This document shows, in pieces, positions 20,687 through 30,009 of a DNA stretch of 64,000 nucleotides (within the stretch, counting starts at the first letter, position 1; each line of letters opens with the position of its first letter). The notes below the pieces were generated by a model. The model did not search any database. It had not been told where the DNA came from and was given only the letters and a program-made list of their open reading frames with translations. This stretch comes from Acidimicrobiia bacterium (lineage in GTDB: Bacteria > Acidobacteriota > Vicinamibacteria > Vicinamibacterales > UBA2999), in the NCBI GenBank assembly GCA_016871255.1, contig VFZH01000003.1, positions 2,427-66,426 on the forward strand. The letters run 5' to 3'. The position numbers and the translations under genes are program-made.

Positions 20687-20963
20687 ATGAACAAGCGCCT
20701 GAACATCACCCCTTCCCGAGCCGACCGTTCGTGTGACGGACCGTATCGCTGGCAAAGGCCAGCGCCGCATGCTCATCGACCGAGCGATCAGGCGATACGT
20801 CAAGGAAGAGACCAGAGCCACCCTCAGGAAACAACTCACCGAGCGCTACGACGCAGGTGCCCCGATCGATTCGCATCTGGCCAAGGACTGGTTCCCGCTG
20901 GAAGAAGAGGCATCGCGACACCTGATAGCCCGCCAACGGGCGAAGCGCTTCAGGAACGTCTGA
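20687..20963 (+). pseudogene. Ribbon-helix-helix (CopG/MetJ-type) antitoxin-like gene with apparent +1 frameshift
   Basis: ATG at 20687 gives MNKRLNIT. One frame over, LPEPTVRVTDRIAGKGQRRMLIDRAIRRYVKEE... continues to 20963. The junction is the CCCC run at 20709-20712. Confidence 0.5.
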
Positions 20964-21177
20964 GCATCGATCCTCGAAAACGATCACCGAAGGCGATGGG
21001 CGCGACGCTTCAGAGTGTTCTTCTGAGACTCGTGGACCTGCTCGCCGTGCTCGAAGAAATCGGCAGGAGATTCCGGGTGACCCCAGGTCTCGGCCGCGCC
21101 GGCTCACCGGCGCTCGACGAGACCGGGCAATGCTCGCCGGAGGGTTTCGGCCATAATGCCCCCGGAGGATGGCCCCG

Positions 21178-22428
21178 ATGAGACAGCACAGCGCAGCGTG
21201 GTGGGCGGGAGCGGCCATGATGATGACGCTCGGTGCGTGCGGAGGCACCCAGCCGACAGAGGAGGCATCTGCACCGGCCGCGGCGACGGCATCGCCCGCT
21301 GACGGGGTTCCGGTCTTCGAGTACGACCCGACGTGGCCGCAGCGGCCCTTGCCCGACAACGGCATCTTCGGCGCCGTGCTGTCGGTGGCGGTTGACGCTC
21401 GCGACCACGTCTGGGTGATGCACTGGCCGCACTGGATCGCGGATGGCGACGATGACGGCGCGCGCGGCGTGCGCGAGTGCTGCAACCCGATGCCGGCCGT
21501 CGTGGAGTTCGACGCGGATGGTGCGGTGGTGCAGGCGTGGGGGAGCGCCGACGATCCCCAGCTGCCGGCCGGCGGCTTCCAGTGGGTGGAGCTCCCGGGG
21601 CACCGTCTCGACCTTCTCGCGTCCCGGCGCACGCTGGCTGACGCCGCCCATGGCGGCGCGCACGGTCTCTCCATCGACCACAAGGGGAACGTGTGGGCCG
21701 GCACGCACTCGACCGAGGGCGGGGGGCGCGCGGACGTCTTCAGCAGCCTCGGCAAGTTCACGCCCGACGGCAAGCTGATCATCCAGAAGGGAAAACACGG
21801 GCAGAGCACAGGGAACGCCGACACGGACAACTTCGCCCAGCCGACGCAGGTGGCCTTCGATGCCGAGACGAACGAGGCGTTCGTCGCCGACGGCTACAAC
21901 AACCGCCGCGTGATCGTGCTCGACGCCGACACGATGGCGTTCAAGCGGATGTGGGGCGCCTACGGCAAGCCGCCAAGCGACGAGCCGATGGCGCCGCGCC
22001 AGCCCGGCGACCCGCCGCCACAGCAGTTCCGGCTTGTCCACTGCATCAAGATGAGCCGCGACGGCCTCCTGTACGTCTGCGACATGTCGAGCCGCCGCTT
22101 CCAGGTGTTCCGCAAAGATGGCACGTACGTGGGCGAGGCGTTCCCGTCGGGCATCGACGGCACGGGCACGGTCGACGACGTGACGTTCTCGGCCGATCCC
22201 GAACAGCGCTTCGTCTACGTCGCCGACGGTCAGAACCGCAAGGTCTGGATTGTCCGGCGCGACACGCTGGAGACGGTCGGCTCGTTCGGACACCGCGGAT
22301 ACTACCCGGGCGAGTTTGCCGGGTACATCCACAGCCTCTCGACCGATTCGAAGGGCCACGTCTACGTCGGCGAGTTCCCGGCCGGCAACCGTGTCAGCCG
22401 GTTCAGGATGATCGCGGCCGGACAGTAG
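21178..22428 (+). CDS. NHL-repeat beta-propeller lipoprotein (PAL-like)
   Basis: Lipobox MMMTLGAC. Repeated NHL-type strands (HGLSIDHKGNVWAG, FVADGYNNRRVIVLD, LYVCDMSSRRFQVFRKDG, VYVADGQNRKVWIV, VYVGEFPAGNRVSRF). ATG at 21178 lies about 9 nt after GGAGG. Confidence 0.8.
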   Translation: MRQHSAAWWAGAAMMMTLGACGGTQPTEEASAPAAATASPADGVPVFEYDPTWPQRPLPDNGIFGAVLSVAVDARDHVWVMHWPHWIADGDDDGARGVRECCNPMPAVVEFDADGAVVQAWGSADDPQLPAGGFQWVELPGHRLDLLASRRTLADAAHGGAHGLSIDHKGNVWAGTHSTEGGGRADVFSSLGKFTPDGKLIIQKGKHGQSTGNADTDNFAQPTQVAFDAETNEAFVADGYNNRRVIVLDADTMAFKRMWGAYGKPPSDEPMAPRQPGDPPPQQFRLVHCIKMSRDGLLYVCDMSSRRFQVFRKDGTYVGEAFPSGIDGTGTVDDVTFSADPEQRFVYVADGQNRKVWIVRRDTLETVGSFGHRGYYPGEFAGYIHSLSTDSKGHVYVGEFPAGNRVSRFRMIAAGQ

Positions 22429-22578
22429 AGCCGGGTGAAGCGCGTGCACCCGCCAGCCGATCGGAGGGCATCGATTCGAGTCGACTTGATCCGGAATCCG
22501 TGACGCTTCAATACTGATTTCGCAGGGCGACGCGCTGGCTGCCCGCCATGACGGTTGGCGTCCAGTGGATCGGCCAGC

Positions 22579-23214
22579 TCAATCGAGCGTAACGTAGCGT
22601 TCGAGCCGCGCCACCTCCTTATCGTCGACGTACTTGCCTATCTCGCGGCGGAACTGCTGGATCGCCTTGTACGGCCGGTACTCCTTGAACTCACCGAGCA
22701 TTCGCTGCCCCATCCCGGGGATGCTCAGAATGTCCGCATCGCTCGCGGCGTTCAGGTTGATCGGTACGAAGACGTACTGCTCCAGTCTCGCCAGTTCCTT
22801 GTCATCGACGTACTTGCCGATCTCGCGGCGAAACTGCGCGAGCACTTTGTAGGGCCGATACTCCTTGAACTCATGGAGCAGGCGATCGCCGATTCCTGGA
22901 ATCAGGAGGATCTCGGCGTCGGACGCAGTATTCAGGTTGATCTGCACGAAGAGCCGGCGATACACCGTCATCCGCTGTTCTCGGCTGAGCGACTGCCCGA
23001 GCAGGGCATCGAAGTCAGTCATCGTCATGAACGGCCGGCGCTCGAGATTGCCCTTCGCCAGTGCCTGCGTGATACCTGGGACCGACAGCAGCTGCTTCTC
23101 GGATGCGGTATTCGCATCGAGCACGTCGCCACGCCGGCCGGCCTGCGCCTCCGTACCAGCGGGCGCCGCGAGGACGAGGACGATTGCAGCAGCAGACAGT
23201 CTCAGGGGATTCAT
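22579..23214 (-). CDS. Secreted ComEA-like protein with three helix-hairpin-helix units
   Basis: Signal peptide, then LDANTASEKQLLSVPGI, INLNTASDAEILLIPGIG and INLNAASDADILSIPGMG. The last two units form a 60-aa tandem duplication. Confidence 0.75.
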   Translation of the reverse strand: MNPLRLSAAAIVLVLAAPAGTEAQAGRRGDVLDANTASEKQLLSVPGITQALAKGNLERRPFMTMTDFDALLGQSLSREQRMTVYRRLFVQINLNTASDAEILLIPGIGDRLLHEFKEYRPYKVLAQFRREIGKYVDDKELARLEQYVFVPINLNAASDADILSIPGMGQRMLGEFKEYRPYKAIQQFRREIGKYVDDKEVARLERYVTLD

Positions 23215-23230
23215 ATCTCACTCCTCCGGA

Positions 23231-25630
23231 TCAGAAGCCGAGCCGCACGCCCGCCTGGACGAGCCGGGGACTGCCGGGCAGAATCCCCCGCGTGCGGTCC
23301 ACAACGAACAGCTCGTCAAACAGATTCTTCACGGCGACGAAAAACGTGGTGCGCGAGACGGTGTAGTTCACGGCCGCGTTCCATAGCGTGTAGCCAGCAA
23401 TCAGACCGCGTTGGCCGTCGGGCGTGGGAGCGATGGTGTTCAGGTCGTCGGTGAACTGATCGCTCGTGCGCACTGCCTCCAGCCGCACGTCGAGCGTGGA
23501 ATGTGCGTAACCCACACCGACGACCGCCATCTGTTCGGGCGCGTAGGGGAGCTGGTTCCCGCTCACGCTCACGCTGCCGAACCCGGAGATGTTGCTGAAC
23601 CGTCGGCCGGTGAACTCCGCGACCGGCAGGTACGTATACGCGAAGCGCAAGTACAGGTCGTGCACCGAACCAGTGATGGGAGCGCTGTCGATCTGTGCTC
23701 TCACTTCCACACCCTGGTGCAGCGTGGCGCCGCCATTGGTCAGCGTCGCCCCCACCCCGCCGGCTAGGCTCGCTGGGATAATCTGGTTCTCGTAATCCAT
23801 ACGAAAGAACGTCGCATCGACACTCACGCCGGGCCGCATCGTGCTTCGGAACCCTGCTTCATAGTTCCAGCTCAGCTCGGGATCCAGGTCAATGACACCG
23901 CCCGTGTTCGAGATGATGTCTTCCGTGCGGGGCGGCGCGAACCCGCGATGGACGCCCGCAAAGACGGTCACCTGCTCGCCCGTCGTGTGGGAGACGCCGA
24001 TACCCGGAATAACCCGAGTTAGGTTCGTGTCGCCCGTTACCCCAACGCCGGCGTTTGCCAGGCGGTTCGTGCGTTCGTAGCGAATGTGTTCAAGCCGCAC
24101 ACCGGGAGTTACCGTCCAGCCGCCGAACAGGAACCGGTTCTGCACGAACGTTGCGTAGGCGGCATTGCGCCGCACATTGCTCTCCACGAGCACGCCCGTC
24201 CGCGCTGCAGGCGTATCACCGTTCTGCTGGAGGCGATCCTGGTCCTCGAAATGTGCGCGGACACCGAAATCGGTCTCGCTGGCTACGCCCAATCCGCGAT
24301 GATGCACGGTGAACCGAGGCTCGACACCCCACGCGTAATACTGGCGCAAACGTCCTTCGTTGCCGCAGGTCGTGTTCAGGTTGTCCATCCCTGCGCAACG
24401 CGGATCACCGGCATCATTCGGGCGCTGAGCGGAGTTGCTCGACTGGCGCCACCAGTGCCGCCGGAAGGAGCTCCAGTACAGATTCGTCGTCATGGCGACG
24501 TTGCCGCTCACCGCGAGGGCATGCGTCGTCGACGCGCCGTACCGATCCGCGTAGAAGAAGTCGTTCCTGAACGGATTGCCGCGAGGATTGGCGAGGTACT
24601 CATCCTGCCGCAAGCCGGAATAGGTGACGTTCGAATCCTCGCTGTAATAGTTGCCGCGGAAGGTCAGCGTCTGGCTGGCACCGAAGCCCTGGACGACCTT
24701 GCCGTTGATATCATTCAGCTTGAAGTTCAGGTTCTCTCGGGACCCGTCGCCCTGCTTCCGCATGTAATCGACGAGAAACCCCGTACGACCGACCGTCGCG
24801 CCATACGAACCATGGCCGTTGAAATAGTCCTGGTTGCCGCCCATTAACGTCAGGAAGCCGGACGGTTGCGTCGGCGGCTTCGGGGTAAGGTAATTGACTG
24901 CCCCGCCGATCGTCTGAGGTCCATAAGCGATCTGGGCACCGCCCTTGAGCACCTCGAGGCGCTCGAAGCGGTCGATCGGCGGGTGATAGTAGGACGCATT
25001 GTCGCCGTAGGGCGCATACGTGAGGGGGATGCCGTCTTCGAGGAGCAGCACCTTGGTCGAGCGCGTGGGATTCAGGCCGCGAATCCCAATGTTCGGGCGT
25101 AGACCGAAGCCTTCCTCGTCTCGCACGTGCACGCCCGTCACTCTCCGCAGTGCTTCGTTGGTTGTCATGACGCGGCTCCTTTCGAGGGTTTCGCGCTCGA
25201 CAATCTCGACGGATCCTGGAAGCCGCCGCGCCCGCTCGTGGCTCCCAGCAATTTCACCCGCCATCACGACTACGTCTTCGATCAAGCCGCCGACTCGGAG
25301 CAGCAGCGGCACCCGGCGCGTTTCTCCTGGCTGCAGCACGAGCCGCTGCACCGCGACAGAAAACCCCTCCCGAGTCGCAGTGACCTCATAGTCACCAGGC
25401 GGCAACTCGGCGATCGTGAAGGTACCCTCCGCGTCGGTGGCGACGCGGCGCTCGAAACCGGCCGACGGCCGTCGGATTGCCACGGCGGCGTGCGGAATCA
25501 CTGCCCCACTTTGATCGAGAACTTGGCCGATCACGGATGCAGTGCGAACCTGTGCACCGGCGGGGATAACGGATACCGCGACGACGCAGGCGATGGCGAC
25601 AACATGAACGAGATGAGCGCGACAAGACAT
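23231..25630 (-). CDS. TonB-dependent receptor with N-terminal carboxypeptidase-regulatory-like domain
   Basis: CarbopepD_reg-like segment (GQVLDQSGAVIPHAAVAI...GDYEVTATREGF), plug (NEALRRVTGVHV...GIRGL), a barrel and a terminal Phe. Start at MSCRAH (25630). Confidence 0.9.
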   Translation of the reverse strand: MSCRAHLVHVVAIACVVAVSVIPAGAQVRTASVIGQVLDQSGAVIPHAAVAIRRPSAGFERRVATDAEGTFTIAELPPGDYEVTATREGFSVAVQRLVLQPGETRRVPLLLRVGGLIEDVVVMAGEIAGSHERARRLPGSVEIVERETLERSRVMTTNEALRRVTGVHVRDEEGFGLRPNIGIRGLNPTRSTKVLLLEDGIPLTYAPYGDNASYYHPPIDRFERLEVLKGGAQIAYGPQTIGGAVNYLTPKPPTQPSGFLTLMGGNQDYFNGHGSYGATVGRTGFLVDYMRKQGDGSRENLNFKLNDINGKVVQGFGASQTLTFRGNYYSEDSNVTYSGLRQDEYLANPRGNPFRNDFFYADRYGASTTHALAVSGNVAMTTNLYWSSFRRHWWRQSSNSAQRPNDAGDPRCAGMDNLNTTCGNEGRLRQYYAWGVEPRFTVHHRGLGVASETDFGVRAHFEDQDRLQQNGDTPAARTGVLVESNVRRNAAYATFVQNRFLFGGWTVTPGVRLEHIRYERTNRLANAGVGVTGDTNLTRVIPGIGVSHTTGEQVTVFAGVHRGFAPPRTEDIISNTGGVIDLDPELSWNYEAGFRSTMRPGVSVDATFFRMDYENQIIPASLAGGVGATLTNGGATLHQGVEVRAQIDSAPITGSVHDLYLRFAYTYLPVAEFTGRRFSNISGFGSVSVSGNQLPYAPEQMAVVGVGYAHSTLDVRLEAVRTSDQFTDDLNTIAPTPDGQRGLIAGYTLWNAAVNYTVSRTTFFVAVKNLFDELFVVDRTRGILPGSPRLVQAGVRLGF

Positions 25631-26149
25631 CGGATGACAGCTCCCAACTGAGCAAGTCCAGCGAGCCAACATGAGACTGAGTCTCCCTTGCAGCTTTGTG
25701 AGCTTATTTCCGACTGCATTGGTCTGTCAATACCATCCCGAGGGCCTTCGCCACCGCCCGCACGCCGTCGCCCGCCGCTTCACGCGCGCGCCAGTGCGCA
25801 CCGCTCGCTGGCGCAGCCCGACGGAATACCGTCCTTCGGCCCCCTCGCGATCCCGCAGCGCCCGACCGCCTGTCGTCGGAATCGTTGCACCGCGTCGTCC
25901 ATCGGTCTCCAACTCGCGCGGAGACTGTGACCGATACTCAGGCGGTTGCCCAGACGGGCCAGGGCCCTTACTCTTGAACGTTCAGCGAGTTAGCCTTTGC
26001 GGCTGGTCTCGTCGGTTCGCGACTGTTCGCCGACCTTTGCTGTTGTGTGCGATGGAATGTCGCGCGAAATGTCGCTCGCCGTGCGCTGCCTTCCAGCCCG
26101 ACGCGTCAACATGTCTACGAGGTCACCCGCAGCATGGATCGCGAAGACC

Positions 26150-26865
26150 AGCTTCTGACGCGCATCACGACGACACCGGAAATCTTCGGCGGAAGCCACG
26201 GCGGGGACCGTGAACGCCGGAGCGTTCGACGATCTCGCGGCGATCGGGACGTCTGCCGGGACCGGGATCCCTGGCTGCACGTGGACGGGGCATTAGGGGC
26301 GTGGGTCCGGATCGCGCCGGCGCTGGCGCCGCTGGTGCGGGGAATCGATCGCGCCGACTCGCTCGCCTTCGACTTTCACAAGTGGCTCCACGTGCCCTGC
26401 GACGCGGGCTGCGTGCTGGTGCGGGACCGGCATCGGCTCGAGCGTGCGTTCGCAACGCGCCCGTCGTACCTGACTCGCGCGACGCGCGGTCTGGCGGGCG
26501 GCGAGCCGTGGTTCGGCGACCTCGGCCCCGAGCGGTCGCGCGGCTTCCGTGCACTCCCGGTGTGATTCACCCTGCGCGAGCACGGTAGCCGGCGCCTGGG
26601 AGAGAAGATCCTCGGGAACTGCGAGCAGGCCCGTTACCTTGCCGGGCTCGTGCGCGCACACCCGCACCCCGAGCCCCGCTTAGGGCACTGGCCGGAATAC
26701 GGTTGCCATCTCGGCCGACGATGCATCCCGCCTCGCGGCGTTGCTCGTCGGTCACAGGCACCCGGCCTGCTCCCTCCTCGCGCCTGGCGAGCGGGCGCCT
26801 CGCCGCCCGGGAGTCGGCAACCTCATTCCGGCCAGGGCCCTTACGCTCGACACGGTCCTTCCATA
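26150..26865 (+). pseudogene. Decayed group II PLP-dependent decarboxylase
   Basis: Recognisable pieces lie in different frames: ATAGTVNAGAFDDLAAIG | DVCRDRDPWLHVDGALGAW...SLAFDFHKWLHVPCDAGCVLVRD...ERSRGFRALPV-TGA-FTLREHG...GEKILGNCEQARYLAGLV. The TGA sits where Trp is expected, and the N-terminal half is missing. Confidence 0.55.
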
Positions 26866-27031
26866 CTAGTCCTCTGGAAACGTGATCAGTCACACAACTC
26901 CCGGGCGGGGCATCCCGGCTCGCTGCGTTGCTCCTCCCTCACATATGGCCGATATTCTCGGTCGTCGCGCCTTGCGATCCGGGCGCCGCGCGCCGGGACT
27001 TGTGCAACTCATCACGTTTCCAGAGGACTAG
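26866..27031. mobile_element. MITE-like element (166 bp) bounded by 21-nt inverted arms CTAGTCCTCTGGAAACGTGAT
   Basis: Left arm 26866-26886 and right arm (reverse complement) 27011-27031. The same arms form the 56-bp palindrome at 44186-44241. The right-hand CTAG contains the TAG stop of the 27028 gene. Confidence 0.7.
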
Positions 27032-30009
27032 AAGTCCACCTGCGCACCGAACTTGAAGAGTCGGCCTCCAAGGATCGTGGTGGGCTGCAGCCACGACGCG
27101 CCGTACCGGGTGTTCAGGCCCAGGACCGTGCTGGCGTTGAACATGTTGTAGACGTCGAACATCCCCTGTATCCGTGCGCGCCCCATGCTGAACACCTTCG
27201 TCAGCCTGAGGTCGAACTGGGAGAGCCGCTCTTCGAAGATCGTGTTGGGCTCGAGGATGTTCAGAATCGCCACGCCGCTCGCAAGATTCCGACCGAGCGT
27301 CGGCGCGACCTGCGGACTGAGGACGACCAGGGTGGCGGCGAGGGGGATACCCGGGAGGTTCTGGTACGTGCCGCTGGCCTTGATGTCGAGCGGCAGCGGG
27401 TAGATGAACGCCACCTTGTACTGCGTCTGCCCCTCGAACGGCAGCTTGAAGTCGCAGAAACCCGGCAGTGATGCCTGCGGCGAGTCGATGGTGACGCAAC
27501 TATTGAACGTGGTCTGCCCCGTGGACATCCCTCCCTGGAGCAGCCCGCCGTCCCCGAACCGCGCGTTGAGGCTGACGTCGAACCCGTTGTACACCTCAGT
27601 CCGCTTGCCGTAGTTCTTGAACCGCGTGATGACGTTGTTGAGCTGCCCCAGCTTCGACGGGCGGACGTCGTAGAACCCGCAGAGCTGCCTGCCGCTCGCC
27701 GCGCCCAGCCGGGAATCCGTCGGCGAAGTGACGCAGAAGGGGTCGAAGTCCGCAGGCGTCACCGCGAGGTTGTCGCTGACCGAGAAGTTGCCGAACCAGG
27801 TGCGGAAGTACCCGGCGTTCAGCGCCAGGTTCGGCCGCAACTCGTGCTGGAGCGACGCGGACATCTGCCAGTTGTACCCGCGGTGCCCGAAGCCCTTCAG
27901 CATGTCGTCGTCGTAGCGGTTGATGGGGTTGAGCTGGCCAAGCGTGGCGGTGGAACTCTGCCCGCATTCGCCATTGGCCAGGTTGTTCAAGAGGTTGCAG
28001 TCGGGCACGTAGTTCCCGTTCGCGTCGTTCCACAGCCTGTTGCCGGAAATCGCGATCGACGCCGCGGGATGCGCCTGGTAGGTGAGGCCCCACGCGTTCG
28101 CGAGCTCGACATAGCGTCCCAGCGCCGTCTTCACCGCGGTCTTGCCATTGCCGAACAGGTCGTAGGCGGCGCCAAGGCGCGGTGAGATATCGGTCCACCT
28201 CGGCGCGCCCCGAACCTCTGGAAAATTCCTCGCCGGCACGAACGGCCCGGCGGGGATTTCCTTCTGAGGGTTGATCGCGTTGAGGTAGTCGAATCGCACA
28301 CCCAGGTCGAGGGTCAGTCTTCGAATCGTCCACTGGTCCTGTGCGAAGACGCCCATGTTCGGATTGAAACGGCTCCGCGCGACGAGCGGCGACGCCCACT
28401 GCGTGAGCGAGATCGGCACGCCGTTCCTGAACTGGTACTGCATCGGGCGGTCGTTCAGGTAGATGTTGTAGTGCTGCCATCCCTGGAGATACGTGAACCC
28501 GGCTTTCACGGCGTGCGATCCGGTTACGTAGTGAATGGCAAACCGGCTGTTGAACTGGTTCGTGAAGTTACGCTTCCCGTAGTCCGCCAGCCACAGCGAG
28601 ATCGTCCTGGCGTTGTACGCGGCGCCCGTCGTCAACTCGACAATGGCGATATCGCGCGGGCTCACCTCCGGCATCGGCTTGCCCCAGAAGTCGTTGAAGA
28701 GGAAGGTCGCCCCCGCGTCGATCAGGAACCGGTTGGTGGCCGGCCGGCTCCAGGTTGACTGTGAGAGCGAGATCGGCCAGTAGGTCGGCCGCCAGAAGGC
28801 CTCCGGAGCGGATGGCCCCGTCCCGAGGTTGCAGTTGCAGTTGTTCTGCAGGCTGGTGGAGAACGTGAACTTGTTCTTGGGGGTCGCCTGGAACGTCAGT
28901 CGGACGCTGTGGTCTTCGTTCTTGATGTCCTGAAAGGCCGGCCGGCTCAGATCCGCCTCGTAGCGCGAGACGCCGCTGTCAGGGTCACCGATGTACTTGC
29001 CCTGATTCTTGTTGTAGTAGCTTCCAGGCAGGAAGCTCTGTGTGCTCCACCAGCGGTGGGCCGTGTAGAACCAGAGCCGGTCCCGGCTGATGGGTCCCCC
29101 AAGGCCGCCACCGGCGTCAAAGAGCCTCTTGACGGACACCTGCGGTACCGCGCCACGCGCCTTCAGGGCCGCCGACGTGTTGTCCGCCTGCAAGGAGGAG
29201 CCGGCACCGTTGGCGGTGAGGACCGTCGAGAACGTGTTGCCTCCATCCTTGGGGACGACGTTGATGTGTGCGCCGCCGGCCTCGTTCTCCGCCCCCGCGC
29301 CGCGCGTTTCTACCGTCGTCTCCTGAACGAACACCTGGTTGATCATGATGTTCCGGACGTTCGCGGCGCCGCCGATGCCCGTGAACAGCATGCCGTCCTG
29401 CGTCAGCCGCTGGTCCGTGGACCGGCTGCCGTGGTAGCCGAACCCGCCGAGCCCGTCGCCCTTGTTGCCGCCCACGTCCTGCTGAGTGGCCAGGCCAACG
29501 GCCCCCAAAGTGAGCGCAACAAACCCCTGGAGCGTCTTGCCGCTGGGGATTCCATCGAGGATCTCCCGCGAGAGCACTCTCTGCTGCCGGGCGCTCTGAA
29601 TGTCCACCACGGGGCTCGCTCCCGTCACCGTCACCGTTTCCTCGAGCGATCCGACCTTCATGTCAGCGTTGGCCGCGGCCGTGAATCCCGAGGTCAGTTC
29701 GATGCCTTCGCGTTTGTAGCTGGCGAAGCCCGCCAGCGTGAAGGTCACGCTGTAGGTTCCCGGGCGGAGATCGACGATCTTGTAGTTGCCCTGCTCATCG
29801 GTCACCGCGATCCGGACCTTCTCAATCAGCGCGGGGCTCGCGGCTTCAACAGTGACACCGGGCAGCACGGCGCCTGTCGTGTCTCGTGCCACCCCAGCGA
29901 TGGCCCCCGTGGATGCAGTCTGAGCCCAAGCGGACGAAGGAAGCAGCGCCAGACCGAGCATGGCGGCACGGCCCAGTCGAGATGGCAGTCCCCAGCAACG
30001 ATGTGTCAT
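27028..30009 (-). CDS. Large TonB-dependent-receptor-like outer membrane protein with carboxypeptidase-regulatory-like domain
   Basis: 993 aa. Signal peptide, GVARDTTGAVLPGVTVEAASPALIEKVRIAVTDEQGNYKIVDLRPGTYSVTFTLAGF, a plug-like region, a long beta-rich body and a C-terminal VDF. Confidence 0.9.
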   Translation of the reverse strand: MTHRCWGLPSRLGRAAMLGLALLPSSAWAQTASTGAIAGVARDTTGAVLPGVTVEAASPALIEKVRIAVTDEQGNYKIVDLRPGTYSVTFTLAGFASYKREGIELTSGFTAAANADMKVGSLEETVTVTGASPVVDIQSARQQRVLSREILDGIPSGKTLQGFVALTLGAVGLATQQDVGGNKGDGLGGFGYHGSRSTDQRLTQDGMLFTGIGGAANVRNIMINQVFVQETTVETRGAGAENEAGGAHINVVPKDGGNTFSTVLTANGAGSSLQADNTSAALKARGAVPQVSVKRLFDAGGGLGGPISRDRLWFYTAHRWWSTQSFLPGSYYNKNQGKYIGDPDSGVSRYEADLSRPAFQDIKNEDHSVRLTFQATPKNKFTFSTSLQNNCNCNLGTGPSAPEAFWRPTYWPISLSQSTWSRPATNRFLIDAGATFLFNDFWGKPMPEVSPRDIAIVELTTGAAYNARTISLWLADYGKRNFTNQFNSRFAIHYVTGSHAVKAGFTYLQGWQHYNIYLNDRPMQYQFRNGVPISLTQWASPLVARSRFNPNMGVFAQDQWTIRRLTLDLGVRFDYLNAINPQKEIPAGPFVPARNFPEVRGAPRWTDISPRLGAAYDLFGNGKTAVKTALGRYVELANAWGLTYQAHPAASIAISGNRLWNDANGNYVPDCNLLNNLANGECGQSSTATLGQLNPINRYDDDMLKGFGHRGYNWQMSASLQHELRPNLALNAGYFRTWFGNFSVSDNLAVTPADFDPFCVTSPTDSRLGAASGRQLCGFYDVRPSKLGQLNNVITRFKNYGKRTEVYNGFDVSLNARFGDGGLLQGGMSTGQTTFNSCVTIDSPQASLPGFCDFKLPFEGQTQYKVAFIYPLPLDIKASGTYQNLPGIPLAATLVVLSPQVAPTLGRNLASGVAILNILEPNTIFEERLSQFDLRLTKVFSMGRARIQGMFDVYNMFNASTVLGLNTRYGASWLQPTTILGGRLFKFGAQVDF

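Noticed and set aside
20964-21170. Weak MazF/PemK-like traces (ERLSIDP...LQS...RFRVTPGLG...) downstream of the RHH gene.
   Set aside because: The similarity is limited to a few residues and there is no open frame of appropriate length. It is too speculative to call a toxin remnant.
26563-26565. In-frame TGA in the decarboxylase-like sequence as a second selenocysteine codon.
   Set aside because: It replaces a conserved Trp, not Cys. The gene also carries frameshifts and lacks its N-terminal half, so a nonsense mutation in a pseudogene is the simpler reading.
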